The notes under the pieces were generated by a model. The model saw only the letters and a program-made list of their open reading frames with translations. It had not been told where the DNA came from and did no database searches. From an uncultured delta proteobacterium (GTDB taxonomy: Bacteria > Desulfobacterota > Binatia > UBA9968), in contig CAWFJP010000013.1 in NCBI GenBank assembly GCA_963816145.1, positions 96,001 through 160,000 of the forward strand: 64,000 nucleotides of DNA, given 5' to 3'. The translations under genes were made by a program, and so were the position numbers. Of the stretch, positions 12,901 through 20,519 are shown one piece after another. Numbering within the stretch: the stretch's first letter is position 1; every line of letters starts with the position of its first letter.

Positions 12901-13646
12901 CTGCATCCCACACTCCCAAGCCGGCAATGGCCGCTGGGCAGATTACTTACACATTCACGTTCGCAAACCAAAGTTCCCGCGATACGGTTCGCAATGTTTA
13001 CTTGGTGAGCCGCTTGCCGGATGTAATGACCCCAGTCTCAGCGAGCAACGGTGGCGAAACGGCCGGCGGCGAGATTCAGTGGAACCTGGGAGACCTAATG
13101 CCCGGAGCCAGCGGCAAACGTACCCTCGTTGCGCAAATCGCGAGTCTTAACCCTGGCGCCACGATGCTCGCTAATAACCATGTTTACTTGGAGGACGGGC
13201 AAAGTCTATGCGCCCAGGCTATCGAAGCAACGACGATCAAGACTCCATCGTTGCTGGATAAAGACAACGATGGGTTCTCGGACGACGAAGAACTTAAATG
13301 CGGCTCGGATCCACGCAACAGTCAAAGCACTTGTTATGATCTCGATTTGTCCGAAAGCCATGTTCGTATACCGCGCAATTCGACTGCGACGATTACGGCG
13401 CGAGTACATACTTCGAAGCGATTTGCCGGCGCTGTCACTCTGGCGCCAGAAAACACTCTGCGCGGCGTGATGTGGCGCTTGTCGGAGCCAGTGGTGACGC
13501 TAAACACCGCGGCAAAAAATGCCTCGACGTTAATTACCCTACAAACCACCAGTACTACTAGCCTCGGGATACATCATGTGCCGATTTGGGCGCGCAGCGG
13601 CGCGATGGAGCAGATGAAGATCCTGCTTATCGAAGTCCTACCGTAA
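3984..13646 (+). CDS. Giant secreted/surface repeat protein: Thr/Gly-rich beta-rich N-region, 18 Calx-beta-like repeats, 4 DUF11-like repeats, TSP3-like Ca-binding motif, C-terminal Ig-like domain
   Basis: 3220-aa ORF (TTG start) with a signal peptide ending AYA. Counted 18 repeats of about 110 aa ending TI(T/N/L)DDD-like, with DExxETI motifs. DxPDPVxAGGQITY-type repeats and DKDNDGFSDDEE...GSDP. Confidence 0.9.
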   Translation: MPQNRRKNFLKKSSLLLQKRACLLATCLVLTAFAFLSRAYAATITSAATGNWGTGATWVGGVAPVAGDNAVIANGHTVSLTAASSITDIIINNGGVLAGSTRRLTASGNYTNNGTHSGTGGVTLTGTNTTINGTGTTSNTGTFIVQTGNKSVAAAANLTIAGAITITGAITVTNNGTITGTSTSAMTGSVASSTWVNAVNATLNIAASAVLATGTLDAAANPNTVNYDRGGNQTIKGTTYHHLTVSTGGTKTAGAALTVNGDVTIGAGATLALGSFSHSFKASITNNGALTASTSTVTLNGSATQTISGSSATSFYNLTINNMNGISLSRAATVTRTLTFTSGNVMTGVNALTLSSTGSVSRTSGHVVGNFQKNIATGATSKTYEIGDATNYTPVSVVFGSVTVAGNLTASTAAGDHANIGATPIDSAKSVNRTWTMTNTGITFTNYSATFTFVPGDIDAGANTSNFGVGKYASGSWSYPTVGTKTATTTQMTGVTSFGDYQIGELPTVAFSATTSSGSESVTAVSIPVSLTPSASQTVTVDYAVTGGTATGGGVDYTFANGTLTFTAGQTSQNISLTAVNDTLDEVNETIQITLSNPVNAVLGANTVHTYTINDDDAVPTVTLSLTGSPMAEAAGVATVSATLSAVSGQNVTVNLSFSGTATLTSDYTRSGTSITIPAGSTTGSITLTAVQDSIDEANETIIVDISTVTNGTESGTQRVTATITDDDPVPTVTLSMTGGPMAEAGGVATVTAALSAVSGRSVTVNLSFSGTATLTSDYTRSGTSITIPAGSTTGSITLTAVQDSIDEPNETIIVDINTVTNGTESGTQQVTATITDDDAAPTVSLSLTGSPMAEAAGVATVIATLSAVSGQVVTVDLSFSGTATLTSDYTRSGTSITIPAGSTTGSITLTAVQDSIDEPNETIIVDINTVTNGTESGTQQVTATITDDDAVPTVSLSLTGSPMAEAAGVATVTATLSAVSGQDVTVNLGFSGTATINTDYSASAPSITITAGSTTASITLTAIQDSIDETNETIVVDIATVTNGTESGTQQVTATIVDDDAAPTVTLSLIGSPMAEAGGVATVTATLSAVSGQDVTVNLGFSGTATINIDYTASASSITITAGNTTGSITLTAIQDAVNEPIETIVVDITTVTNGTESGTQQVTATITDDDAAPTVTLSISGSTMAEAMGVATVTATLSAVSGQNVTVNLLFSGTATVTSDYTRSGTSIGIPAGSTTGSIALTAVQDSIDEPNETIIVDIDTVTNATESGTQQVSATITDDDPPPSVAFDVTTSSGLESVTPANLSVSLSTASGQMVTIEYAVSGGTATGGGVDYTLASGTLIFAAGQTNKMLPITIVNDALDEANETIQVTLANPTNATLGTNTAHTYTITDDDPPPSVAFDATSSSGSENVTSVNLPVSLSTASGQTVMVDYAVTGGTATGGGVDYTLAAGTLIFTAGTTTQNIALTVADDALDEANETIQITLSTPLNATLGANTVHTYTISDEDVTPTVAFNATTSSGAESVTAVTIPVSLSTASGQTVTIDYAVTGGTATGGGLDYTLAAGTLTFTAGTTSHNLAITVVDDALDEADETIQITLTNPTNATLGANAVHTYTINDNDTAPTVAFNATTSSGAESVTSVTVPVSLSAASGQTITVDYAVTGGMATGGGVDYTLANGTLTFTAGITGQNISITVVNDALDEADETIQITLANPSNATLGTNTAHTYTITDDDPPPSVAFDVTTSSGLESVTPANLSVSLSTASGQMVTIEYAVSGGTATGGGVDYTLASGTLIFAAGQTNKMLPITIVNDALDEANETIQVTLANPTNATLGTNTAHTYTITDDDPPPSVAFDATSSSGLESVASVNIPVSLAAVSGQTVMVDYAVTGGTATGGGVDYALANGTLIFTAGTTVQNIALTIADDGLDETNETIQITLSNPLNATLGTNTDHTYTILDEDTTPTVAFNGTTSSAVESVTSVTIPLSLSAPSGLTVTVDYAVTGGTATGGGVDYTLAAGTLTFTPGVTTQNIPITVVNDTLDESDETIQITLSNPSNAILGANAVHTYTILDDDATPTVAFSTASSSGLESVTSVMLPITLSGASGQTVTVDYAVTGGTATGGGVDYTLASGTSTFTAGTTSQNISITVVNDALDEADETIQITLANPTNATLGVSTLHTYTITDDDTPPLLAFGSASSNGLESVATVTIPVTLSPASGLTVTVDYAVSGGTASGGGVDYTLVNGTLTFTAGVTTQNISLTVVNDTLAEANETIQLSLSNPTNGTLGATTVHTYTITDDDIAPALTIGDVTVTEGNSGTVNAVFTVTLSAASGQTVTVDYVTASNTATGGASCAAGIDYVSTSGTLTFTAGQTTRTATVAVCGDTLSEANETFLVDLSNAVNATISDSHGQGTITDDDAAPTVSLLLAGASMAEAGGLATVTATLSAVSAQTVTVVLSFSGTATSNVDYSPSAASIVIGPGSLSGSVTLTAIQDALVEGNETIIVGMGVVTNATPTGTQQVMATIIDDDTPPIALNLSIDDAPDPVQAGGQITYMLTYSNPTSANQIGPGATLISVLPANTTFVSASNGGTYATGAVTWSLGDLSPGSGGTRTLVVQVVAPLANGTVLTHQATLQDTLGDSATANQTTTVQNAAALALSISDSPDPVPAGGQITYTYTFSNLSSGNQTAVGTVIVVTLPNETTFVSASNGGTLAAGVISWPIGNLAPGASGSRTLVVLVNSPLANGTLITEDAAIQDAALNSANANQTTTVHSAPLLSLTTSDSPDPVQAGGQITYTLTFRNSSNTNQTASAVTLTNTLPKNTTFVSASDGGSLAGNAVTWTIGSLAAGASGSRTLVVKVASPLPNGTLLNNLATISDSAGGSANSQIITTVGETGGVGGGGIASTPTTSSVPSASSFASSAAPTPSIALEPFSEAPPAEPISRPAPAVQNQITSLPTRTPDACTSTSHLSLAASHTPKPAMAAGQITYTFTFANQSSRDTVRNVYLVSRLPDVMTPVSASNGGETAGGEIQWNLGDLMPGASGKRTLVAQIASLNPGATMLANNHVYLEDGQSLCAQAIEATTIKTPSLLDKDNDGFSDDEELKCGSDPRNSQSTCYDLDLSESHVRIPRNSTATITARVHTSKRFAGAVTLAPENTLRGVMWRLSEPVVTLNTAAKNASTLITLQTTSTTSLGIHHVPIWARSGAMEQMKILLIEVLP
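7824..9526 (+). repeat. 347-nt internal direct repeat (7824-8170 and 9180-9526)
   Basis: The two copies read identical by eye, offset 1356 nt (4 repeat units). Antisense ORFs 7710..8096 and 8931..9452 begin with the same peptide. Confidence 0.85.
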
Positions 13647-13769
13647 AGTCCTGGGTAGAAACCCCGATAAAGATTGCCTCGTCCTCCCTCACGAAGAAAT
13701 ACACAGCTGACGATGGCGTGCGGCGCCGTCTTTGCGATTCGCTCTTCGGCTCGAAACCCCGCGAAGAAC

Positions 13770-13904
13770 CGGCTCTCTACCGCGGCAAACGTGAACGCGG
13801 CGATCCGTGGCGGGGTTGCTTACGTGAATATTCACGCTTTGCCGCTGAACGGTGGCGACGAAATCCGCGGCCAGATCGAAGCCACGCGCGGTGAACGGGA
13901 TTAA
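13770..13904 (+). pseudogene. C-terminal remnant of a CHRD-domain gene
   Basis: AAIRGGVAYVNIHALPLNGGDEIRGQI matches the CHRD C-terminal YVNxH...GEIRGQ motif. No recognisable N-terminal part. Left boundary approximate. Confidence 0.6.
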
Positions 13905-14045
13905 CGGGCGCAAGATCAATTCTGGAATTCGATTTTGGCGCGGCGATGGGGAGTGCGAAGATCCCCCCGTTGCGGCGTTGGATTTCACGACGGATAAATA
14001 AGATTAAATGCGACTGGCCGTAACTCTTTTCACGCAGGAGTTCGG

Positions 14046-15137
14046 TTATCTCGCCTCTTCGATATACTTGCGCAAGAAACTCACGATTTCAGGCGGCGTG
14101 TTTGATGCTTGACGAAACAGGCGTTCCCCGGCTTCGCCGACCTCAAAGCGCGGCTGGAAGCGCATGGCGGTGATCGCGTCCTGGAGAAAGTCTGGATCCT
14201 TTGCCAGGCTATCAAACGCTTTACGCAAGATCGCGATCGATTCAGCCGGCGCTTTGGGCGGCAACAGCACCATGCGGGTCATGTTGGTGCTCGACATGTT
14301 AGCCGCCTTGAGCGCTTCGTACTTGATGCCCGAGGGGAGCTTGCCGAAGACCTCTTTGTAATAATACGTAAACGGCAACAGTTCCGGCACGTCGCGGCTG
14401 ACCAGAATTTCACCACTCGGCGCAACCAAGTCCGTATAATAGATCGGGATGACCATACCGGTCTTGACCATCTGCGGCTCCACCTGGGTACGGTAACTGG
14501 GTAAAGTCTCATCATGATATTGCGCTTCGCCGCGCTGCACGGCGAGACGCGCGTCGGAGCTGTTGTTGTAGCCGGTGACGTAGTCGTATTTGAGTCCGAG
14601 CAGATCGAAGGACAAACGGAAGCGCACATCTTTGGAGCTGCTCACGCCCAAGCCAGCGGCGCGAAATTTTTGCGCCTTGACGAAATCCGAAGGTTTCTTC
14701 ATGCCCGGCGCCACGTCGGAGCGAATATAGGAAACCGTCACACCATGCACGCCGGTAATAAAGCCGAACTTGCCGAGATCGACGCGCAACGCTTGATCTT
14801 TGATCTGATGCTGGAACAAGCTGCCGGTAAAATACGCTGCCGTGTAACCGTCGGGCTTGGCGACCTCACCAATATAGTTCGTCGCCGTGATACCGCCGGC
14901 GCCGCCCATGGCTTGCACCGTAACCGTGGGCTGGCCGGGAATATGTTTGGGCAGATGTTTGGCAAAGATCCGGCTTTCTATATCGGTGGGGCCGCCGGCG
15001 GCGAAGTTGATGACGATGTTGAGGGTCTTGCCTTGATAGAGTGGAGGTTTTTCGGCGCTCAATGCCGCCTTCGAGTTTGCGAACCATATTGCGAGCCCAC
15101 AGAGAACGATAAACCGTCGCCAAGGTCGACGTGCCAT
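14046..15137 (-). CDS. Tripartite tricarboxylate transporter (TctC/Bug-like) substrate-binding protein
   Basis: YQGKTLNIVINFAAGGPTD, HIPGQPTVTVQAMGGAGG, AKPDGYT, LAVQRGE motifs. Confidence 0.85.
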   Translation of the reverse strand: MARRPWRRFIVLCGLAIWFANSKAALSAEKPPLYQGKTLNIVINFAAGGPTDIESRIFAKHLPKHIPGQPTVTVQAMGGAGGITATNYIGEVAKPDGYTAAYFTGSLFQHQIKDQALRVDLGKFGFITGVHGVTVSYIRSDVAPGMKKPSDFVKAQKFRAAGLGVSSSKDVRFRLSFDLLGLKYDYVTGYNNSSDARLAVQRGEAQYHDETLPSYRTQVEPQMVKTGMVIPIYYTDLVAPSGEILVSRDVPELLPFTYYYKEVFGKLPSGIKYEALKAANMSSTNMTRMVLLPPKAPAESIAILRKAFDSLAKDPDFLQDAITAMRFQPRFEVGEAGERLFRQASNTPPEIVSFLRKYIEEAR

Positions 15138-15191
15138 CTTGATTCTCCTTGTATCGCTATTGTGAAAATATTCTCCGCGAAAAAATCTAAC

Positions 15192-15272
15192 TCACCACGA
15201 AGACACGAAGTTCACGAAGTGCGGAATCATGATAATCCGAAAACCTTCGTCTTCTTCACGCCTTCGTGGTGA
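15192..15272. repeat. Intergenic palindrome, CACGAAG family
   Basis: TCACCACGAAG ... CTTCGTGGTGA arms with the same layout as 50-138. Confidence 0.8.
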
Positions 15273-15312
15273 AGAATTCTGTCTCATTACGTTGTGATGC
15301 TGCCGAGTTAGC

Positions 15313-16320
15313 TTACAAACCGAATATTTTCCGAAACTCCCGTGCGTGATCGTCCAGTCCTGAGTACACCTCTTTGGGTACCGCTTTCAACCTCAATTTG
15401 CTTTGATCCATTTTCGGGGCCAGCGGTTTGACGTCGCTGCGCGCCGGGATGCGGCGCATCTCGCGGATCATCTCCTGGCCTTTGCGCGAAGTCGCGAAGT
15501 TGATCAGCAGCTTGGCGGCATTGGGGCTGGTTGCCTTGGCGCTAAGCGCTATACCGCTGATGGTCACGACGATCGGATCGAAACTTTCGATCCAATCCAC
15601 TGGCGCGCCGTCACTCTTCATTCGTTCGATGCGGAAGTTATAGGCCCATGCCAATGGCACTTCGCCGGCGCCTACGAGTTGGGCGGTCAAGCCGTGGCCG
15701 CGGCGCCAGAGCGGATCTTGTTTTGCGAGCTGCTGCATGTACTTGACGGTTCTTTCCCGCCCCCACACCGTCATCAGCGTGCCGAACCAGTCATAGTCGG
15801 TGGAATCCATCAGCATCTGGCCTTTCCACTTGGGATGGAGCAAGTCGTCATAACTTTTCGGCGCCTCTTTGGCGGCGAGCATCTTGCTGTTATAGGCGAG
15901 CACCAGATTGTTGACGAAGACACCGGTCCAGTAACCCTGAGGATCTTTGAACTGATCAATAAATAGATCGCGATCCGGAGCGAGATAAGGCACGATCACC
16001 TTGCGCTCGATCATCGTCGCGATCGAGCTTGTCGATAGGACATCGAAAGCCCAGCGACCTGCGCGGATCTCGCTCAAGATGCGGTTTACCAATTGTTCCT
16101 CGCCCAATCGAACCAGTTCCGGTCTGATGAACGGGTACTCTTTAACAAAGGCATCGAGCAACGGCTTCGAAGTATCCACCGCCATCGAAGTGTACCAGGT
16201 GAGTTTGCCTTCTTTCTTGGCGCCGTCGACGAGGACGGCTTGGGATTGAGCAAGCAGCGGGGTGGCGAAGGAGAGAATAATCAGAACCAATGGAGCGAAG
16301 GAATGTAAAGTAAATTTCAT
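15313..16320 (-). CDS. ABC-type extracellular solute-binding protein
   Basis: Start MKFTLH after GAGGAG; GAKKEGKLTWYTS, PKSYDDLLHPKWKG, SPNAAKLLINF. Confidence 0.85.
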   Translation of the reverse strand: MKFTLHSFAPLVLIILSFATPLLAQSQAVLVDGAKKEGKLTWYTSMAVDTSKPLLDAFVKEYPFIRPELVRLGEEQLVNRILSEIRAGRWAFDVLSTSSIATMIERKVIVPYLAPDRDLFIDQFKDPQGYWTGVFVNNLVLAYNSKMLAAKEAPKSYDDLLHPKWKGQMLMDSTDYDWFGTLMTVWGRERTVKYMQQLAKQDPLWRRGHGLTAQLVGAGEVPLAWAYNFRIERMKSDGAPVDWIESFDPIVVTISGIALSAKATSPNAAKLLINFATSRKGQEMIREMRRIPARSDVKPLAPKMDQSKLRLKAVPKEVYSGLDDHAREFRKIFGL

Positions 16321-16343
16321 GCTACTCCTCAAAACTCCTACGC

Positions 16344-16425
16344 GGTCGAGGATGGAAGATGGAGGATCGAAAATGGCGAGGATCGAAGAGGGCGATTAGC
16401 CATCCTCGATCCTCCATCCTCGACC
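16344..16425. repeat. Intergenic palindrome, GAGGAT/ATCCTC family
   Basis: 13-bp inverted repeat GGTCGAGGATGGA / TCCATCCTCGACC with internal tandem 7-mers. Confidence 0.75.
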
Positions 16426-16435
16426 CGTTCGGTTC

Positions 16436-17557
16436 TCACGCCCTTGGATACAATGCATCGATCATCAAGCGCTTATGATGTCCCGGCGTGCCGAGATACT
16501 GATAGAGCGTGTGGGCGAGCACGCTGTGCGCCATCATCGGGTGGCTGTAGTCCGTGCCCGGTCCGGCCCAAACCATATGCGCATAATTGGTGCCGTGATA
16601 GTAGCCGTCACTGGCGGTGGCTTTGGCCTCATGCGCGCCGGCGCGGGCGTCCACGCCATTCTCGATGCGCCAGATCGCTTCGTAGGTCGCCCAGCGCGCC
16701 ATGTCCAGGCAGATTGAAATATCGACGCAGTGATCCTGCACCCGTTGGAAACGGCCGATCGGTTGGCCGAAGACGACGCGGGTGCGGGTGTATTCACAGG
16801 TGAGGTCGAAAACTTCCTGGGTCGCGCCGACTTGATAGGCCGCCAGAATCGGCAAGGTCTTCGTCAACGCGGCATCGAGGGTTGCCCAGCTCGCGCCGCT
16901 GGTGCCGATCAAGCTGTCGGTCGTGACCGCGACGTTGTCGAAGCCCACTTCGAAAGCCGAAATCAAAAAGCCGATCAACGGTGTCACCGTGACGCCCGGG
17001 CTCTTGGCGTCGACTAATAAGAAGACGACGTCGCCTTCCTCGCTGCGCGCTGCGCACAAGAAGTGGGTCGCAGCGTCGGCGTCGAAGACAAACCGCTTGT
17101 TGCCTTTTAAGAGATAACCGTTGGCCATTTTGACCAGCCGGGATTCCACCGATTCCGGTCCCCAGTAGGCGGCTTTGTCGGTGATCGCCGGCACGACGAT
17201 CGAGGTGCCTTTGCACAGCGGCGGCAGCAACGCCTTGCGCTGCGCATCGGTTCCCGCGTCAAAAATCATCTGGGCGCTTAATATGCCGGACGTAAACAGC
17301 GGACCTGGCACAGGGCCGTGGCCGAGCGCTTCGAATACCACCGCGCAGTCCATTGTCGACAATCCAGCGCCGCCGAATTCCTCCGGCAACATCATGCCCA
17401 GCCAACCGAGCTCGGCGGCTTTCTTGATGATCTCCGGTCTAAAGATCTTCTTGTTTAGAAACCATTGGGTCATTTGATGCGCCGGCACTTCCGCCTTGAC
17501 GAAATCCGCCGCAACCTTTTTCAACATTTCTTGGTCTTCAGTAAGTCCTAAATCCAT
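16436..17557 (-). CDS. Acyl-CoA dehydrogenase family protein (probable non-catalytic partner subunit)
   Basis: MDLGLTEDQEML, ELGWLG...PEEFGGAG, RVVFGQPIGRFQRVQ. Degenerate C-terminal FAD motif. Confidence 0.85.
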   Translation of the reverse strand: MDLGLTEDQEMLKKVAADFVKAEVPAHQMTQWFLNKKIFRPEIIKKAAELGWLGMMLPEEFGGAGLSTMDCAVVFEALGHGPVPGPLFTSGILSAQMIFDAGTDAQRKALLPPLCKGTSIVVPAITDKAAYWGPESVESRLVKMANGYLLKGNKRFVFDADAATHFLCAARSEEGDVVFLLVDAKSPGVTVTPLIGFLISAFEVGFDNVAVTTDSLIGTSGASWATLDAALTKTLPILAAYQVGATQEVFDLTCEYTRTRVVFGQPIGRFQRVQDHCVDISICLDMARWATYEAIWRIENGVDARAGAHEAKATASDGYYHGTNYAHMVWAGPGTDYSHPMMAHSVLAHTLYQYLGTPGHHKRLMIDALYPRA

Positions 17558-17572
17558 TTCGATTCTCCTACG

Positions 17573-17656
17573 ATTGGAACCATTGGAACCTTATGGAACC
17601 ACTGGAACGAAAGCAGACGATGTTCCAATCGTTCCAACGGTTCCAGAGGTTCCAAT
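17573..17656. repeat. Intergenic palindrome, TGGAAC/GTTCCA family
   Basis: Four TGGAAC units followed by four GTTCCA units. Confidence 0.75.
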
Positions 17657-17678
17657 TGTTGCCTGTTGCCTCATGCCA

Positions 17679-18893
17679 TTAATCGGTCTCCGGCGCTTTC
17701 TCGGTGGTCGGCCGGCCGAGGCCGAGACGACGGGCGAAGATCAACCGGTCGGTGTCCAGGGTGCCGCCGCCGTGCAGCTGGCCGGGGCCGGTGCGGACGG
17801 CATACTCGAAGTCGATAACTTCGTGCACCGACAGATTTTGCACCAGGGCGTCGGCGCCCATGATCGCCTGCAAGCGCTCGCCGTTGCGCAGGCGCAGCAT
17901 GCGCTGGTAGTAGCGCTGCTGCGGGCCGCCGTAGGGATGGGGCTTCTTGGCGAAGCGGCGCCAGTAAATCAACTGATTGAAGCGCCGCAGGGTGTTCAAC
18001 TCGATGGTCATCTCGGCGATCAGATCGCGCACGCGCGGATCTTCGATGATCGGCTTGCCGTCGACATGGGTGTTGCGGCAGTAGTCGACCACGCGCTCGA
18101 TCAGCGGGTCGGCGGCGATGCGGCCGTCGCCGCCATGTTCGAGCTCCATGTGCGTGCTGGCGACTTTCCAGCCGTTGTTCTCGCCGCCGATCAGATATTT
18201 CGCCGGCACGCGGACGTTATCGAAGAACACCGCGTTCTTGATGCCCATCATCAAGTTCATATGCTGAATCGTGATGCCGGGGAGATTGGCCGGGATATGC
18301 AGCCAGGCGAGGTTCTCGTGCCGCTTGCCCTGCGGGTTGGTGCACACCAGCGTCCAAAGAAAGTCCGGCGGCAAATGATGGCCGACCATGACCTTCTGGC
18401 CGTTGACGACATAATGATCGCCGTCGCGGATCGCTTTGGTCTGACAGTTGGCGATGTCGCTGCCGCCATGCGGTTCGGTGAGCACCTGCCAGACGCAGAT
18501 TTGCGCCCGGGTGATCGCCGGCAGAAATTCCGCCTTCTGTTCTTCGGTGCCCCAGCGGATCAACACCGGCGCGACGATGCGCGCCAAGGTGTAGAACGTG
18601 TGCGAGAGATTGAGGCCGTATTTAAACAGCTCGGTTTCGAGCACCATCTGGTGGTCGACCGTGAGCTCGGCGCCGCCATATTGTTTGGGATAGAGCGGGA
18701 ACAGCCAGCCCTTGGCGCCGAGTTTTTCGGCCAAGCCGCGGCGAAACTTGTACTCGTCGGCATCTTCGCGAGTCGACCAGGAAGCCGACCAGCGCAAGTG
18801 CTCGTTGCCTTTGAATTGCTCGGCGAGCCAAGCGCCGACCTCGTTGCGAAATTCCACGACATGGGGCGGATCTGCACTGACATTAAAATCCAT
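17679..18893 (-). CDS. Acyl-CoA dehydrogenase family protein
   Basis: WQVLTEPHGGSD, YVVNGQK, VFFDNVRVP, GGENNGWKV, GGGT motifs. Confidence 0.9.
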   Translation of the reverse strand: MDFNVSADPPHVVEFRNEVGAWLAEQFKGNEHLRWSASWSTREDADEYKFRRGLAEKLGAKGWLFPLYPKQYGGAELTVDHQMVLETELFKYGLNLSHTFYTLARIVAPVLIRWGTEEQKAEFLPAITRAQICVWQVLTEPHGGSDIANCQTKAIRDGDHYVVNGQKVMVGHHLPPDFLWTLVCTNPQGKRHENLAWLHIPANLPGITIQHMNLMMGIKNAVFFDNVRVPAKYLIGGENNGWKVASTHMELEHGGDGRIAADPLIERVVDYCRNTHVDGKPIIEDPRVRDLIAEMTIELNTLRRFNQLIYWRRFAKKPHPYGGPQQRYYQRMLRLRNGERLQAIMGADALVQNLSVHEVIDFEYAVRTGPGQLHGGGTLDTDRLIFARRLGLGRPTTEKAPETD

Positions 18894-18979
18894 GGTTCAC
18901 TCCTTTTCAGTCGTTCACAGTTTCGGGTTCCAAGTTTCGAGTTGAGGCGGGGAACGCGAAACCCGTAACTCGAACCAGT

Positions 18980-20161
18980 CTATATCACTCCACTTGCTGT
19001 CAATTCCTTCACAGCATCGCTGTCATAACCCAACTTCGCCAACACTTCCGCAGTATTCTCGCCGAGCAGCGGCGCGGCGCGAAAGAACTTCGGCGGCGTG
19101 CCCGACATGTTGATCGGACTGCCGACCAGATTGCTTACGCCCATCTGCGGATGTTCGATTTGTTTGGGGATGCCCAGGTGCTTGATCTGCGGGTTGTCGA
19201 ACACTTCATGAATCGTGTTGATCGGCGCGTTGGGGATGCTGTGGGCGTCGAGGCGCGCCAGCCAGTAATCGCGCGGCTTCTTGGCGAAGGCCTGGCGCAG
19301 CATCTTGACGATCTCGTCATGGCGATCGCTACGCTGCTTGCGCGTCGCGAAGCGCGGGTCACCGACCCGCTCTTCGAGTTCGCCGGCTTTGAGCAAACCT
19401 TCCCATGCCTGATTGTGGCCGGACAGATGGACCATGAAGGGTTTCTTGTCGCAATCGAGCAGGCTGTAAATTCTTCCCTTGGGGAAATTCTCCCGCGACA
19501 CCGCTTCGCCGCCGTTCAAATAATCCGAAACATGGGACTCGATGAAGGCAATGGCGACCTGCAACAGCGAGACATCGATAAACTGGCCAACACCGGTTTT
19601 GGCCCGTGCCAAGAGCGCCGCCATGATGCCGTGGGCGGCGAAAATCCCTGCGGTGTGGTCGACGAAAGAGATGCCGGCGACCTTGGGGTCGTCGAGTTCG
19701 GTAACCAGGCTCATCATGCCGCTCAACGCTTGGCCGATGGTGTCAAAGCCAGGTTTATCGCGGTAGGGTCCGCTCTGGCCATAGCCGGAGATCGAGCAAT
19801 GGATCAGTTTGGGATTCAACTTCGCCAGCTCGTTGTATTCGAGGCCTAATTGCTGGCGCGTCGGCGGCCGGAAGTTTTCCAGAAAGATATCCGCCGTGGC
19901 GATGAGCTTGCGCAGAATCTCCCGGGCCTTTGTCTCGCGCAGGTTGAGCGTGACGCTTTTCTTGTTTCTATTAAGCGCGCGGAAGCTCGGGCCGTAGCCC
20001 TCGTATTTGGGATTGCGCCCGCGGTGGGTGTCGCCGCCGTTGGGCAATTCGACTTTAATCACTTCGCAGCCCAAGTCGCCGAGCAAGCTGCCGGCGTAGG
20101 GCCCGGCCACATGGCCGCTGACATCGATGCAAGTGAAACCTTCGAGAGCGCCGGAGATCAT
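18980..20161 (-). CDS. CaiB/BaiF family III CoA-transferase
   Basis: VAGPYAGSLLGDLGCEVIKVE, NRNKKSVTLNL, ENFRP, SISGYGQSGPY. Confidence 0.92.
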   Translation of the reverse strand: MISGALEGFTCIDVSGHVAGPYAGSLLGDLGCEVIKVELPNGGDTHRGRNPKYEGYGPSFRALNRNKKSVTLNLRETKAREILRKLIATADIFLENFRPPTRQQLGLEYNELAKLNPKLIHCSISGYGQSGPYRDKPGFDTIGQALSGMMSLVTELDDPKVAGISFVDHTAGIFAAHGIMAALLARAKTGVGQFIDVSLLQVAIAFIESHVSDYLNGGEAVSRENFPKGRIYSLLDCDKKPFMVHLSGHNQAWEGLLKAGELEERVGDPRFATRKQRSDRHDEIVKMLRQAFAKKPRDYWLARLDAHSIPNAPINTIHEVFDNPQIKHLGIPKQIEHPQMGVSNLVGSPINMSGTPPKFFRAAPLLGENTAEVLAKLGYDSDAVKELTASGVI

Positions 20162-20200
20162 TTATTATTCGCCAATTCCTAATCTAGAAGTTCTTTCCCT

Positions 20201-20294
20201 CGTCATGCCCGCGAACGCGGGAGTCCAGGCTCTGTTTTCGGCGTGGCAACGGCGAGCTGCGAGCGTAGAGAAACCTGACCGACCGGAAATGACG
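20201..20294. repeat. Degenerate REP-like element (GTCAT-CCCGCG-AA-GCGGGA type)
   Basis: CGTCATGCCCGCGAACGCGGGAGTCCA ... CCGGAAATGACG. Related to the intact copy at 43653-43722. Confidence 0.5.
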
Positions 20295-20519
20295 AACGGA
20301 TACCCTTTCACTTATCGCAATCAAAAACGGTTTTCCACCAGGCGGCGCGGGCGAGGTTGAAAACCTTCAAGCCGTTCAAGTCAGCCCAAACGCGACGGAT
20401 CGGTTTCGAAGGAGTACGGGTTGAGAACTTGGCTTGACTGATCGCCGTGAGCAGAGTTATAGCTGCCAAGTTCGTCGCGCGCGCGACGACAATATTATAA
20501 ACTTCGGAGGAATAGACCG

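Noticed and set aside
17573-17656. Short repeat arrays as CRISPR
   Set aside because: Units are 6-9 nt, arranged as inverted arms, without unique spacers or cas genes.
17496-18968. Long antisense ORFs such as 17496..18968 +, 21817..22890 + and off-frame 49793..50845 -
   Set aside because: They are shadows of well-supported genes, expected from GC-rich codon bias.
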